Of a DNA stretch of 58,580 nucleotides, positions 40,407-50,336 are shown one piece after another. Made by a program: the position numbers and the translations under genes. The notes under the pieces are model-generated. The model saw nothing but the letters and a program-made list of their open reading frames with translations. It searched no databases and was not told the origin of the DNA. Origin of the DNA: Candidatus Thorarchaeota archaeon (GTDB taxonomy: Archaea; Asgardarchaeota; Thorarchaeia; Thorarchaeales; Thorarchaeaceae). The stretch lies in contig JBHLQM010000007.1 of NCBI GenBank assembly GCA_048884785.1, positions 9,567 through 68,146 of the forward strand, written 5' to 3'. The stretch's first letter is position 1, and every line of letters begins with the position of its first letter.

Positions 40407-41174
40407 ATGAATGATTCGGATACGATTGATCTTGCCTATGTTGAGGGTCGTATGGATACAAAATTCTGGGCGATTGGAGCAATTCTGGCAGCACTTTATG
40501 GTGTTGGTTCATTAATACCAGTCAGTGGGTTCATCATTGCTGGAGGCATCTCTGCCAGTATCAGTTTGACTCTTTTGATAGCACCTCTATTTGGTATTAT
40601 TCTTGGACCATGGAAAGGAGGAGCATTTGGTCTAATAGGCGGAATTATTGCTACTGCACTAGGAGGCTCAGGAGGATTATTCCTAGCGATTCCATTTCTC
40701 TTCCTTTCTCCGGGAATCTCTGGATTCCTTACAGGTCTTTGTGTGAAGCCTGAGATGGGAAACAGATGGGTTCCAGGCGCAGGAATTACTGCCATCTTCA
40801 TTTCCCTCATTATGTTTCTCTATCTAATCGTGAATCTTCAGGCTTGGTGGTTCATGGCGTATTACGGAGCTGCACTAGTGGTGGCAATATCTCTTCAGCT
40901 AACCGGAAAGTCCTTGGATCTGGGTAATCCTGGAAGAAACACTCTCTTGAAGATAATTCCTTTTGCCCTAATTGGAACGGTCACGGATTTTTCAATGATG
41001 ACAATGGGAGCGGTGTACATCTTTGCCATTCCAGCAGAAGTATTTGGATTCGTCATATTCCCTGCTATGCTTGTAGAGAGAACTGCGGCTATATTGATTA
41101 GCACACTTGTAATTCTAGCAATAGTTAAGGCATTTCCAGATCTTTGGATTCGGCCTCCAGAATCACATCAATAA
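40407..41174 (+). CDS. ECF transporter S-component-like membrane protein
   Basis: 'APLFGIILGPWKG...GLIGG'; multiple TM helices. Confidence 0.65.
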   Translation: MNDSDTIDLAYVEGRMDTKFWAIGAILAALYGVGSLIPVSGFIIAGGISASISLTLLIAPLFGIILGPWKGGAFGLIGGIIATALGGSGGLFLAIPFLFLSPGISGFLTGLCVKPEMGNRWVPGAGITAIFISLIMFLYLIVNLQAWWFMAYYGAALVVAISLQLTGKSLDLGNPGRNTLLKIIPFALIGTVTDFSMMTMGAVYIFAIPAEVFGFVIFPAMLVERTAAILISTLVILAIVKAFPDLWIRPPESHQ

Positions 41175-41763
41175 TAATTCCGAGGGTGTCAACAAGAATA
41201 TTCAGCGGCATTGTAGCCAATGAAGAATCGTCTTTCTCAACTGATTGTTGAGGCAAAGGCGGCACATGAACAAACATCGCCTTCGCTTGCACTTCACCAG
41301 TCGCGATCCAATCTAAGACAGTGAATAGAATCCAGTTGCACCCATAGGTGCCCGCGTGATAGCTAACTGCCGCTGGAATTCCCCTTGAGTTAAGAACATC
41401 AACAATTGGGTGTACATTGATGTTGGAGAAATATGCTGCGGGAGAACCCTCTTTGATCACAAACCTATCCGGTTTGTATCCATAGTTATCTGGTCGTTTC
41501 ACATTGATAATATTGAGACCTATCTGCTCAAGAGTAATGACGGGTCGGTTTGCTTGACCCATACAAATAATGTATTCAGGTGTATTCTCGTGTATAGATT
41601 GCTTCAGTATTTGCGCTGCTTTATTATAATCCAGAGGAAGCACCTTGCCAATTATCCTGTACCCGCTGGCTATTGTTCCATCTAATGCTTTCACAATTTC
41701 CTCTGAAGGATTGATTGAATAGCCATCAAACGGCTCAAATCCAGTGACGATTATTTTTGGCAC
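41125..41763 (-). CDS. pcp: Pyroglutamyl-peptidase I
   Basis: TGFEPF, NPS, catalytic E, AGTYGCN, FVHVP. Confidence 0.92.
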   Translation of the reverse strand: MPKIIVTGFEPFDGYSINPSEEIVKALDGTIASGYRIIGKVLPLDYNKAAQILKQSIHENTPEYIICMGQANRPVITLEQIGLNIINVKRPDNYGYKPDRFVIKEGSPAAYFSNINVHPIVDVLNSRGIPAAVSYHAGTYGCNWILFTVLDWIATGEVQAKAMFVHVPPLPQQSVEKDDSSLATMPLNILVDTLGIIIDVILEAESKDLEMP

Positions 41764-41812
41764 AACAGCACCCTATTCAAGAGATACCCTATCCTAGATA
41801 TTCCTTGTGCAA

Positions 41813-42523
41813 TCATGAAATTGCCAAGAAGACGAAGTATCCTCCGAGGGCAATTTGGAAAATTCCGATGATAACATTGATCCAATTTATCCCCCCATAG
41901 CCAGCACGCTTTGAAGCTGTATCTGTTCCAACCGTAAGAAACGCTCCGAAGATGAAATCCGTCGATATATGTGTGAGGTAAATTAGGACTGCTGCAATGA
42001 ATACCGTTCCTACTCCGACTTGTAGCTCAGTCATTAATAGGGTCACATTGCTTAGTCCAATTGCGGCCCACCACAGGATAAAGTATGGAGAAAGTATACT
42101 CACTGCAGCACCTTGTGTTGTTGCCTCTGCGATGCTTGATACTCTTGATGTGAGTGTTTGATTTTCATCCAAGGATTTGACTTTGAATCTATAGTCTTTT
42201 AGTGCCAAAAACCCATAGGCGACAATTACAATTCCTCCGAATCCAACCATGAGATCAATTGTAAAGGTATCAAATGCAAAAATCTGAGTTCCAATGATGA
42301 TAGCGCTGACAATCCCCAACTCAACAATAGCATGCCCAACCATTGGCATTATCCCATGTAATCGTCCATGCCGACTTGATTGCATAACTACAGCCGCGGA
42401 CAACGGACCAGGAGCCAATGCTCCTGTCAGCGACAGCAAGAACCATACAACCAAGATTTCTAAAACACCCACAGTGGCAACACCTGCAATATCTGCGCGA
42501 ATAGCAGCTTTGCACAAAAACAT
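41813..42523 (-). CDS. LysE family translocator
   Basis: 'GALAPGP', 'GHAIVE', 'SPYFILWW'. Confidence 0.85.
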   Translation of the reverse strand: MFLCKAAIRADIAGVATVGVLEILVVWFLLSLTGALAPGPLSAAVVMQSSRHGRLHGIMPMVGHAIVELGIVSAIIIGTQIFAFDTFTIDLMVGFGGIVIVAYGFLALKDYRFKVKSLDENQTLTSRVSSIAEATTQGAAVSILSPYFILWWAAIGLSNVTLLMTELQVGVGTVFIAAVLIYLTHISTDFIFGAFLTVGTDTASKRAGYGGINWINVIIGIFQIALGGYFVFLAIS

Positions 42524-42648
42524 GATGTTTGGAACCTATTCATCGTAATTACGTATTACCTGTATTACAATATGCAATTTAGGCACCGTTGGAAATCCTT
42601 AATAACTATCTCAAATCAGGGACTTTGATTCTACGGGATGGTAACTCT

Positions 42649-43791
42649 GTGAAGCAAGTACAGATCACGGTTCCCTATGAGAAGACCGAAACGGTGTTTG
42701 ATTTTCTTGTGGATGTTCTTGATATCAAGAACGTTGTCAGATTCACCGCTGATAACGCACACCTACTCCAATTTAGGATTCCTGATGATGAAGTCAGCGA
42801 TACTATGGAAGGATTGAAGAGTAGAGGCGTGGGTGTTGAATTTGGCTTCATAGATATCTTAGACCTTAAGGCATCCTTGCCTCGCGAGGTTGAGGAAACA
42901 AATGAGAAGAAGATACAACGGGAAGCAACTTTAGCTGTAGAAGAAATTTACGACAGTGTTAAGAAGCAAGCATCACTAAGTTTTGATTTCATCGCCTTTG
43001 TGGTTTTCGCGGCAGTAATGGCTGGATTTGGTCTTATTCAGAACAACATCACAATCATAGTTGCATCAATGCTTTTGTCACCTCTCATGGGTCCGATGCT
43101 TGGTGTAGCATTGGGCTATGTAGTAGGAGATAGATCTCTCTTCATCAAAGGCACCAAGAACGAACTAATAGCGTTGGGTCTATCCTTTGCGGTTGGAGCG
43201 GTTATGGGGCTACTAATGCCTATTCTGTATCCCTTTAGTCCTGGATTCATGAATGTAGTTGAAAGCCAGTGGAATGCGGCTCCAATGGTACTAACTGAAG
43301 TGACCAGAAGAGGAACCATATTCACTGCACTAGATATTGGTATTGCCATCTTTTCAGGGGCAGCAATTGCTATCTCAGTCACAAGGGGAGATATGTCGTC
43401 CCTTGTCGGTGTTGCAATATCAGCTGCTCTAATGCCTCCTGCAGTCAATGTGGGAATGATGATAACGCTAGGGGCAATAACAGGGTCAGTAGATGGGATC
43501 GCAATAGGCGGAGGTTCTCTTTTACTTCTTGGCATGAACATCATCTTAATTGATGTTGCAGCTGTGATTATGTTTAGAATCAAGAAGCTAGGTATAATTG
43601 AGGACAAATCAGCTACTTGGACAGCTGTTACTCAATATCGTCAGCGGAGAAGTGGTAGCCTCTATCACAAGCCATCCGCTGAAGGTGGAGCTACATTCAC
43701 TCCTGCACCAGCTGCTACAGTTAACGGTAAATCTGAAACGACAACCGAATCAGCAGAAAAGAAGGAACCTAACAAGAAAGGGACGAGCTAG
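42649..43791 (+). CDS. DUF389 / TIGR00341 family membrane protein
   Basis: 'SMLLSPLMGP', 'LVGVAISAALMPP'; probable GTG 42649. Confidence 0.85.
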   Translation: MKQVQITVPYEKTETVFDFLVDVLDIKNVVRFTADNAHLLQFRIPDDEVSDTMEGLKSRGVGVEFGFIDILDLKASLPREVEETNEKKIQREATLAVEEIYDSVKKQASLSFDFIAFVVFAAVMAGFGLIQNNITIIVASMLLSPLMGPMLGVALGYVVGDRSLFIKGTKNELIALGLSFAVGAVMGLLMPILYPFSPGFMNVVESQWNAAPMVLTEVTRRGTIFTALDIGIAIFSGAAIAISVTRGDMSSLVGVAISAALMPPAVNVGMMITLGAITGSVDGIAIGGGSLLLLGMNIILIDVAAVIMFRIKKLGIIEDKSATWTAVTQYRQRRSGSLYHKPSAEGGATFTPAPAATVNGKSETTTESAEKKEPNKKGTS

Positions 43792-43903
43792 GAGAAGCGG
43801 GTTGAGAACCAGTTCTCATCAGTTGTATTACTCCAATGATACATCCAGTTATAGATAGGATGGGGTTAACTTTCTTAGAAAGTTGACCCGGAGATTAGCA
43901 CAA

Positions 43904-44230
43904 ATGAACGAGAATGAACAGCTCAAGAACAAGCTCTTCAAAGGACTTACTGAACACGACATCCTGACGTGGGAGGAGGAAAAGATGAGATTCCAACGAA
44001 GGATGGGGCAGAAAGTGACTGATCTCCAATTTCTACGCCATCTTCTAATGATTGCATCTCGACCGGTGATATCAACGAAAGAGGGCATCTCTACAGGATA
44101 TATAACTGGCCAAGGACCAATATACGAGAAAGGTGATAGTCTTCTGGAGAGATACCGACAAAAGCAAGTTGATCATGTATCAGATGTGTCAAAACCCATT
44201 AGGAAATTGGACTCAAAACTTTCTCACTAG
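43904..44230 (+). CDS. Hypothetical protein
   Basis: ORF fills the gap; GGAG before ATG 43904; no recognised domain. Confidence 0.6.
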   Translation: MNENEQLKNKLFKGLTEHDILTWEEEKMRFQRRMGQKVTDLQFLRHLLMIASRPVISTKEGISTGYITGQGPIYEKGDSLLERYRQKQVDHVSDVSKPIRKLDSKLSH

Positions 44231-44266
44231 ACACAAGCCTATCTCATAATACACAAACCCTCAATC

Positions 44267-44298
44267 TTATATACCATTTGTTCACTAGTTACTAGTGA
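44267..44298 (+). promoter_or_regulatory. TATA box and palindromic operator candidate
   Basis: TTATATA (44267-44273), then the perfect inverted repeat TCACTAGT-T-ACTAGTGA (44282-44298). Confidence 0.6.
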
Positions 44299-44345
44299 CC
44301 AATTGTACACTAGCTAAAGCGATATTGTGGAAGAGTGTGAATTAA

Positions 44346-44498
44346 ATGCTGGAAAGAACAAGGATTGACGATGAAGATGATGCAGGTCAGCAACAGACAA
44401 ACAATGACCTGCAGCAGGGATCTTGGTTTGATGATGGATTGTACCAAGAATGGCTTGTTTTCCTATATGGAATCTGGAACAGGATAGACTATTTGTAG
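44346..44498 (+). CDS. Small 50-aa acidic/aromatic ORF, absent from the ORF track
   Basis: MLERTRIDDEDDAGQQQTNNDLQQGSWFDDGLYQEWLVFLYGIWNRIDYL*, between the promoter and the regulator gene. Confidence 0.5.
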   Translation: MLERTRIDDEDDAGQQQTNNDLQQGSWFDDGLYQEWLVFLYGIWNRIDYL

Positions 44499-44540
44499 TA
44501 GAACCAAATCTGTATTTAGACGCGCAGGGAGAGATGACGC

Positions 44541-45251
44541 TTGCCTCAAGAAGACCAGGAGAAACCAGACGATCTAGATTTAGTGTTTAAAGCACTTGGA
44601 CACACCACACGAAGGAGGATACTCAGACTACTCGCTCAGAGGCCTAGGTATCCATATGAACTCAGCAAGCTGCTATCCTTTGAATTGAGCAAAAGTGTGA
44701 CTTCTCGGGTGGTCATTAAACATTTAGAAGTGCTGCAAAATGTGGGGATAGTTTCCAGAGAAACAGGAGAGAGTGATCTGGGTCCTGACAGGACATACTA
44801 TCGACTTAATATGGGATTTGGGCTTTCAACTACTCTCTTGCCCAATACCTTTGTTGTGCGTTTGACTCCACATGGTGGAACTATTAAACTTCCAGCCGGG
44901 TTTGTGATCCCATCGGTAAGTACAGATGTCAAAGCTGTTCGGTATCTTCTGAACGACCTTCAAAAGATCGATCGTCGACTTACTTCGTTGGATGATGAAA
45001 GAACAAGATTGGCTAATCTGAAGGGGCAGATAATCCAGAGGGTGGAGGACATAATGCAGGAGCACAACTGGGATGAGATAAGTTGCTATCGAGTAAGAAC
45101 CCTACTTAATCCAGTCCGCTCAGAAGCAGAGGGAGAGGAATCTGCCGAGCCTATGGATGAAGTAATGGATATTTTTGAGAAGCAAATGGGTAGTTCCAAG
45201 ACATCTAAGGAAAAGAAACCAAGACAAGAAATATCAATTGAATTCGATTGA
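44541..45251 (+). CDS. ArsR-family regulator with coiled coil (COG1777 / archaeal heat-shock-regulator-like)
   Basis: 'FKALGHTTRRRILRLLAQRPRYPYELS', 'KHLEVL...GIV', 'GPDRTYY', C-terminal coiled coil. Confidence 0.82.
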   Translation: MPQEDQEKPDDLDLVFKALGHTTRRRILRLLAQRPRYPYELSKLLSFELSKSVTSRVVIKHLEVLQNVGIVSRETGESDLGPDRTYYRLNMGFGLSTTLLPNTFVVRLTPHGGTIKLPAGFVIPSVSTDVKAVRYLLNDLQKIDRRLTSLDDERTRLANLKGQIIQRVEDIMQEHNWDEISCYRVRTLLNPVRSEAEGEESAEPMDEVMDIFEKQMGSSKTSKEKKPRQEISIEFD

Positions 45252-45257
45252 GAAACT

Positions 45258-45959
45258 CTACCAATTGAGGTCAATTCCCCAATCTGTTCTATCTGGTCCT
45301 TGCATACTCGGGACATATTCAATCGGATTGTAGGGCATTTCTATACCAGTTGATTTCTTTATGGTAAGATAGTTCTTGCCTCGAGATGTTGAGAGTGTTA
45401 CTATTCCTTGAGCCAAAGAGAAGAGCTGATTGATTGTAACCGAGTCTGCTGTATCTGCATGGATAAGATAATACTCTATGGATCCATTTCTGATGCTCTC
45501 TTCTACGCTCTCTTTAAAGAATTGAACCACATCTCTAGCTGAGAAATCGATAAGAAGAGGAGTTAATGCTTCAAAAGCTATGACACGAGGTTGCAGGAGA
45601 TTCCTTAGACTTCTCATCATGATATTAATCTCATGAAGATGTGGAGAGCAAGTATGTCTTCCTACGGTTTGCTGTCCGTAATTGACCTCTAGTATTTGAA
45701 ACTCATCATTTTGCTTCTTTGCCATATCATCAATTAGAGTTCTATTCCTTGCTTCAGTTATCACATTAAGAGTTCTGAGTCCATGCTTGGCGGCTTTTTG
45801 AATAACAGTCGTCATGAAAAGGTCATAATGGCTTTCCTGTGAAGCCATTACCAGATACACATATCCCTTTGGTGGCTTAGTGAGTAAACTATCAATGATG
45901 TTTTGGTGGTTTTTGCTAATTTCTCTGTTTACGCCAGCCATTACAGCCTGACCTCTCAA
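45258..45959 (-). CDS. Degenerate KaiC/RAD55-like RecA-fold protein (no Walker A)
   Basis: 'IDSLL...PPKG', 'VIAFEALTPLL', 'LFSLAQGIVTL', 'LTIKKSTG'; GxxGxGK absent. Confidence 0.65.
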   Translation of the reverse strand: MRGQAVMAGVNREISKNHQNIIDSLLTKPPKGYVYLVMASQESHYDLFMTTVIQKAAKHGLRTLNVITEARNRTLIDDMAKKQNDEFQILEVNYGQQTVGRHTCSPHLHEINIMMRSLRNLLQPRVIAFEALTPLLIDFSARDVVQFFKESVEESIRNGSIEYYLIHADTADSVTINQLFSLAQGIVTLSTSRGKNYLTIKKSTGIEMPYNPIEYVPSMQGPDRTDWGIDLNW

Positions 45960-46339
45960 TCCTCAATTCTCAGATGTTTTCTGATAGTTTCAACCAATGC
46001 CTTACCTGAAAAGGGCTTTACGAGATAGTCGTCGGCACCTGCTTCTTGCCCTTCTTTGATGTCACGGCTCAATCCTTTAGCGGTAAACATCAGGATTGGC
46101 ACTTTTTTGAACCTATCTTCCCCCTTTAGTCGTCTACATACCTCGAATCCATCCATTCTTGGAAGCATAACATCAAGAAGGATGAGATCGGGACTCTCTG
46201 AATGTGCGAGCTCTAATGCAGTTTCTCCATCGAATGCGCAAGCAACTTCGAAGCCATGACTTTCAAGGAATTTCTTTGCCAACTCAGTTGTTATCTGCTC
46301 GTCATCAACAACCAAGATTAGTGGCTTTTTTTCACTCAA
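45956..46339 (-). CDS. Stand-alone response regulator receiver
   Basis: VVDD, LLDVMLP, FTA, KPF. Confidence 0.93.
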   Translation of the reverse strand: MSEKKPLILVVDDEQITTELAKKFLESHGFEVACAFDGETALELAHSESPDLILLDVMLPRMDGFEVCRRLKGEDRFKKVPILMFTAKGLSRDIKEGQEAGADDYLVKPFSGKALVETIRKHLRIED

Positions 46340-46352
46340 GTATCATCAATCC

Positions 46353-47738
46353 TTATACAATGGGCATTAAATCGTAATCAAGGAATCCTTCTGAGAGAAT
46401 AGGGCGTAATGCAAGATAATTGGTTCTTGGATTCTCTCCGACAACTCCCAGCACGCCGCATATTTCTTGAACACTGAGATGTACATGGTGAGATATTGAT
46501 TCGCTCTTTATTCCTTGATGTCTGCTTAGGATCGTTATTGTTGTTCTATTTGTTCTCTGAAGTGATGAGGACATTTCTGCAATCATCCCACGAACTCCTG
46601 CCGGGCCATACATGTTCTCCAATGTATCCAAAGCAAAAAGCTCCGTCACCTCATGCTTGAACTTCCTTTCTAGTTCTCCTGCCTCATATCTAATTTCCTG
46701 GAGGGTTTTAAGAGGATCAGAATCTATGGTTCTAACATTTTCGTATTGACCCAAATAATGGCGACCAAAGAAAACTACCTGAGCTTCTACTCGTGGTTTA
46801 TCAACAAAATGTGCTAGATTCTCTATGAAGAATTCGGGAGACCAGCCCTCGGGAAGAAGAATAACTGCAGGACGTCCTAGCTCCAAATGATTTGAGAGGA
46901 AGGGTATATAGATAGTTTCAAGGTATGGAACACCCAGATTCTCAACCTCAATTAGACTGAGTTGTCCTTTTCTGAATCCTCCGCCCAACATTTTATCCAG
47001 ACTGTGATTGCCTGTTGACATTCTATCTGGCGAAGGGTCAGCAATTGGTTCGCGACTTACTGTGATTGCCGGGTATTGATGTAAATACCAAGGAATGTAT
47101 GTAAATCGTCCATCATAAAGGGTAAAGAGAAAAGTATCCTGACTTATGGGTTGAGATCTCATTTTCTGCAGAATTATCTGGCGGTGCATCCGCTGATTTT
47201 CCCGTATTTTTTCAAGAACTATAACGCCATCTGCTGAATGGTGGAGAGTGTTGCAGTCAAAACTCGAAGAGGTTTCCTCTGAAACAAGAATTAATTTCCG
47301 ATTTTCTCTTCTGGCAGCGTGAATAATTGACTGTTGAATCTCATATCTATTGTCAGATGGTATAGGTTGCACAAAATCCGTCCAAGAATCTACTATAACC
47401 AGCTCTGCCTCGCATCTAATTTTGGTTTCCCCCAGAAGGTTGCAAAGATGGTCCTCTAAGGATGATTGATGAGCAATTTCTAGGTTCAAAGGACGTCTAT
47501 AGGATGAAAGAATATGGCGCTTTGCCCAATCAGGAGTTGTAGTGCCTAATTCTTGGTCAATCGCATTGAAATTCTCAGTACTGGTCAAAATCATGAATGA
47601 ATTCTTGTAATGTCTGAAAATCTCCTGGACAAAGAGTGATTTGCCAGTTCCGGGTTTTCCTGTGACAACAAGTACAAATCCTGTATTTGATGACAGTGCA
47701 TCCTGTATACTCGGAGGTACTTCGCCTACTTCACTCAT
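46353..47738 (-). CDS. Two-domain GvpD/KaiC-like ATPase (N domain intact, C domain degenerate)
   Basis: GKPGTGKS, VIVDSW, ADGVI, QKMRS; second domain 'STGNHSLDKMLGGG' lacks Walker A. Confidence 0.82.
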   Translation of the reverse strand: MSEVGEVPPSIQDALSSNTGFVLVVTGKPGTGKSLFVQEIFRHYKNSFMILTSTENFNAIDQELGTTTPDWAKRHILSSYRRPLNLEIAHQSSLEDHLCNLLGETKIRCEAELVIVDSWTDFVQPIPSDNRYEIQQSIIHAARRENRKLILVSEETSSSFDCNTLHHSADGVIVLEKIRENQRMHRQIILQKMRSQPISQDTFLFTLYDGRFTYIPWYLHQYPAITVSREPIADPSPDRMSTGNHSLDKMLGGGFRKGQLSLIEVENLGVPYLETIYIPFLSNHLELGRPAVILLPEGWSPEFFIENLAHFVDKPRVEAQVVFFGRHYLGQYENVRTIDSDPLKTLQEIRYEAGELERKFKHEVTELFALDTLENMYGPAGVRGMIAEMSSSLQRTNRTTITILSRHQGIKSESISHHVHLSVQEICGVLGVVGENPRTNYLALRPILSEGFLDYDLMPIV

Positions 47739-47834
47739 TGGACGATTCCCTTGCGCTTTTCAATCATATCAATAACTAACTTATATACATAAGTACGGAT
47801 CATCGAAGTGCGCCGGTCCAATCCAATTTCATTG

Positions 47835-49430
47835 CTATTTCGACAATCTTTCAATGAAATCAAGTAGATAGGGACATATACCACCGGTCTTCCATAGTAG
47901 ATTTCCATTGCATCCTTTTCGGGGTGCTTGAGTTTCTACACGACATTCAAACGTTTTTTCTCTGTCAAAAAGAATACAGAGCTCACTCTGCAAGTCAGGA
48001 TCCTCTATGAATTTAGCCCTCACTTTTCGCATTAGTGTAACATCATGGTGTTTTACCCAGTCAGAAACATCACCTAGTACTGATTTTGCCTCTTCAATCA
48101 GAGCCTTTTCCGGCTCCACCTCTTGTGCAAAGGACGTCATTATCTGACTAACTCTTGCTGTGAATGCAAGCAATGGATTGCCCGTCTGAACAGCCTTCTT
48201 TTCTGCAAGAATATAGAGCTTCATGGCATCCTTGAATTTTTCCTGCATATAGTTGGCGTCTGCAAGCAAGAAAGGCAAAAGGATCAGAAGATCCACCATG
48301 CCTGATGCTTCAGCTATTTCTGTGCTTTCCTTATAATTCGTAATTGCCTCCTCAAAATTACCCTTTCTAATCATTATATCTCCAAGGTTTATTTTGCAGG
48401 TGGCAATACCTCGCATGTACTCAGCTTCTTGGCTTATTTCTAGAGCTCGCTGATTGTATATCTCCATTTGGTCAAATTGATCAAGACTTCTATCAATCTC
48501 TCCCACATTGATAAGGGTTCGAGCAAGTCCAATTTGATTATTCAGCTGTTGTTGGGTAATCAGTAACTCCTCGAACTGATCTCTTGCATCTTGGTTCTGT
48601 CCACGATCCATGTGAAGAATACCGACCAGATTTCGAGCATCTGATACTCCTTGGAGATATCCCATCCGCTCATATTTTTGTAGGGCTGCCTTAACAAGAT
48701 TCATTGCACGGTCGTATTCGTGGGATTCTTCCAAAATTCTTGCTCTGTAGTACATTATATCTGTGAGCGCGAGTTCATGGTCCATAACTTTAGCAGTTTC
48801 TTCCGCAGAATCAAGTCTAACATAGGCTTCGTCACGCAAACCCATTTGAAGGTCAATGTGTGCCATCAGGATTCGGGCTCTCAGAAGAGAAGCTTGCACC
48901 TTATTTCGTATGAGTTCATCCTTTGTTGTAGCTAATGTGACCTTATCGATGCTTTCCAGAGCTATCGTTCTTGCTCGTTCTGTGTATCCCAAATCTATGA
49001 GGACTGATGCCAATTGAACAGAAAGCTCTGCAAATGCGATGTAGTCCTGTCCTTGCCAGGCTTGATTGACGTATGTCTGTAGATTGTTCAGCCACCGTGG
49101 ATCAAGGCTCTGTCTGCAATATGCTGCAGCAGCATATCCTTTGCCTACTATACTGGAACTGCTTTTCGCAATTATCTGATTATAGCCATAAAGTCCTCTG
49201 AGAAAAGCTGCTTTCGCACAGATTGCCAAAAATCCCTCACTTCTGTTTCTCCACTCTCCACTCCCAACATATTCAGTTAAGACATCTGTAAAATGCATGA
49301 AACGATCCTTTCCAGATCTGTATCCAGCGGCAAGTCTGCTACCTATATCGTCCTTCTCAGATTGTTCTAGCCGGTCTATATACATAGAAAACTCCGGTAT
49401 AATTGGTTTATCAAGCAATACTCTCGGCAC
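47835..49430 (-). CDS. TPR-repeat protein with C-terminal 4-Cys segment
   Basis: Roughly 40-aa repeats with 'NLVG/NVG/NLG' signature; tail 'LC...EC...GC...IC'. Confidence 0.82.
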   Translation of the reverse strand: MPRVLLDKPIIPEFSMYIDRLEQSEKDDIGSRLAAGYRSGKDRFMHFTDVLTEYVGSGEWRNRSEGFLAICAKAAFLRGLYGYNQIIAKSSSSIVGKGYAAAAYCRQSLDPRWLNNLQTYVNQAWQGQDYIAFAELSVQLASVLIDLGYTERARTIALESIDKVTLATTKDELIRNKVQASLLRARILMAHIDLQMGLRDEAYVRLDSAEETAKVMDHELALTDIMYYRARILEESHEYDRAMNLVKAALQKYERMGYLQGVSDARNLVGILHMDRGQNQDARDQFEELLITQQQLNNQIGLARTLINVGEIDRSLDQFDQMEIYNQRALEISQEAEYMRGIATCKINLGDIMIRKGNFEEAITNYKESTEIAEASGMVDLLILLPFLLADANYMQEKFKDAMKLYILAEKKAVQTGNPLLAFTARVSQIMTSFAQEVEPEKALIEEAKSVLGDVSDWVKHHDVTLMRKVRAKFIEDPDLQSELCILFDREKTFECRVETQAPRKGCNGNLLWKTGGICPYLLDFIERLSK

Positions 49431-49576
49431 TCTCTCTCCAGAATAAATACTAATGCATTTCGATGACGCACCGCCTTTTTAAATCAAAAGGGTTCTAGTA
49501 TTTTTGTCCGCGCTTTTTATTATTGGTGGGTAAAGATTAAATCATAATAGCATAAAAAGGGCTGAGGAGAGGAATA

Positions 49577-50332
49577 ATGGCGAAGAATAGGGTAAGCAGT
49601 GGTGTTTCTGGGCTTGATAATTTGCTGAATGGAGGGTATATGCACGGACGGTCCATGTTGTTGGCAGGAGGGCCAGGAACTGGCAAGAGCATTTTGACAT
49701 GGCATTTCATTTTTGATGGGATAAGAAAAGGCGAGAGTGCTGTGTTGCTATCACTCGACCAAACCTCTGATGTCCTTATTGAGGACATGAAGGCATTTGG
49801 ATTTGAACCTGACAAAGCTATCAGTGACCAGAAATTTACAATCCTGAGTGGAACTCTGCGTCTTGTTCCTACTGAAGCAGGATACGACTATGTCATAGGA
49901 TTTGATCATCCACTCTTTCGAGAGAAACCGTTTACCATTCCACGCCTGGCAGACCTTGTGAAGAAGAGATCTGATGAAACAAAAGCTACTCGAATTGTCA
50001 TTGATGGATTAGGCCCCTTATTGGAGTTGGCAGGCAATCGATTCGAAGTGCGGCAGATGGTGTATAGCTTCATCAAAGAGCTTTCTAACCCAAATGCAAC
50101 AATCTTACTTACACATGAATTGAGATCTCTTACAGGAGCACAAAACGACGAAATGCCGTACTTCATTGCCGATGGTGTGATTAAGCTAGATATGATCTAT
50201 TCAACAGGAGATTATGTCAGAACACTCAGGATTGTCAAGTTAAGAGGAACTAGTCATACCATGCGACCTGTAATGTTTCGAATAGAGTCAGAAGGTGCAA
50301 AAGTCTATCCTGACGCAAGAATCCCTGAATAA
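49577..50332 (+). CDS. Single-domain KaiC/RAD55-like ATPase
   Basis: SSGVSGLDNLLNGG, GGPGTGKS, RIVIDG, ADGVI, VKLRG; GAGGA upstream. Confidence 0.88.
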   Translation: MAKNRVSSGVSGLDNLLNGGYMHGRSMLLAGGPGTGKSILTWHFIFDGIRKGESAVLLSLDQTSDVLIEDMKAFGFEPDKAISDQKFTILSGTLRLVPTEAGYDYVIGFDHPLFREKPFTIPRLADLVKKRSDETKATRIVIDGLGPLLELAGNRFEVRQMVYSFIKELSNPNATILLTHELRSLTGAQNDEMPYFIADGVIKLDMIYSTGDYVRTLRIVKLRGTSHTMRPVMFRIESEGAKVYPDARIPE

Positions 50333-50336
50333 GAAT

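Noticed and set aside
45258-50332. Circadian clock or gas-vesicle locus
   Set aside because: No kaiA, kaiB or gvpA-type genes in the window; the KaiC S/T phosphosites are not conserved.
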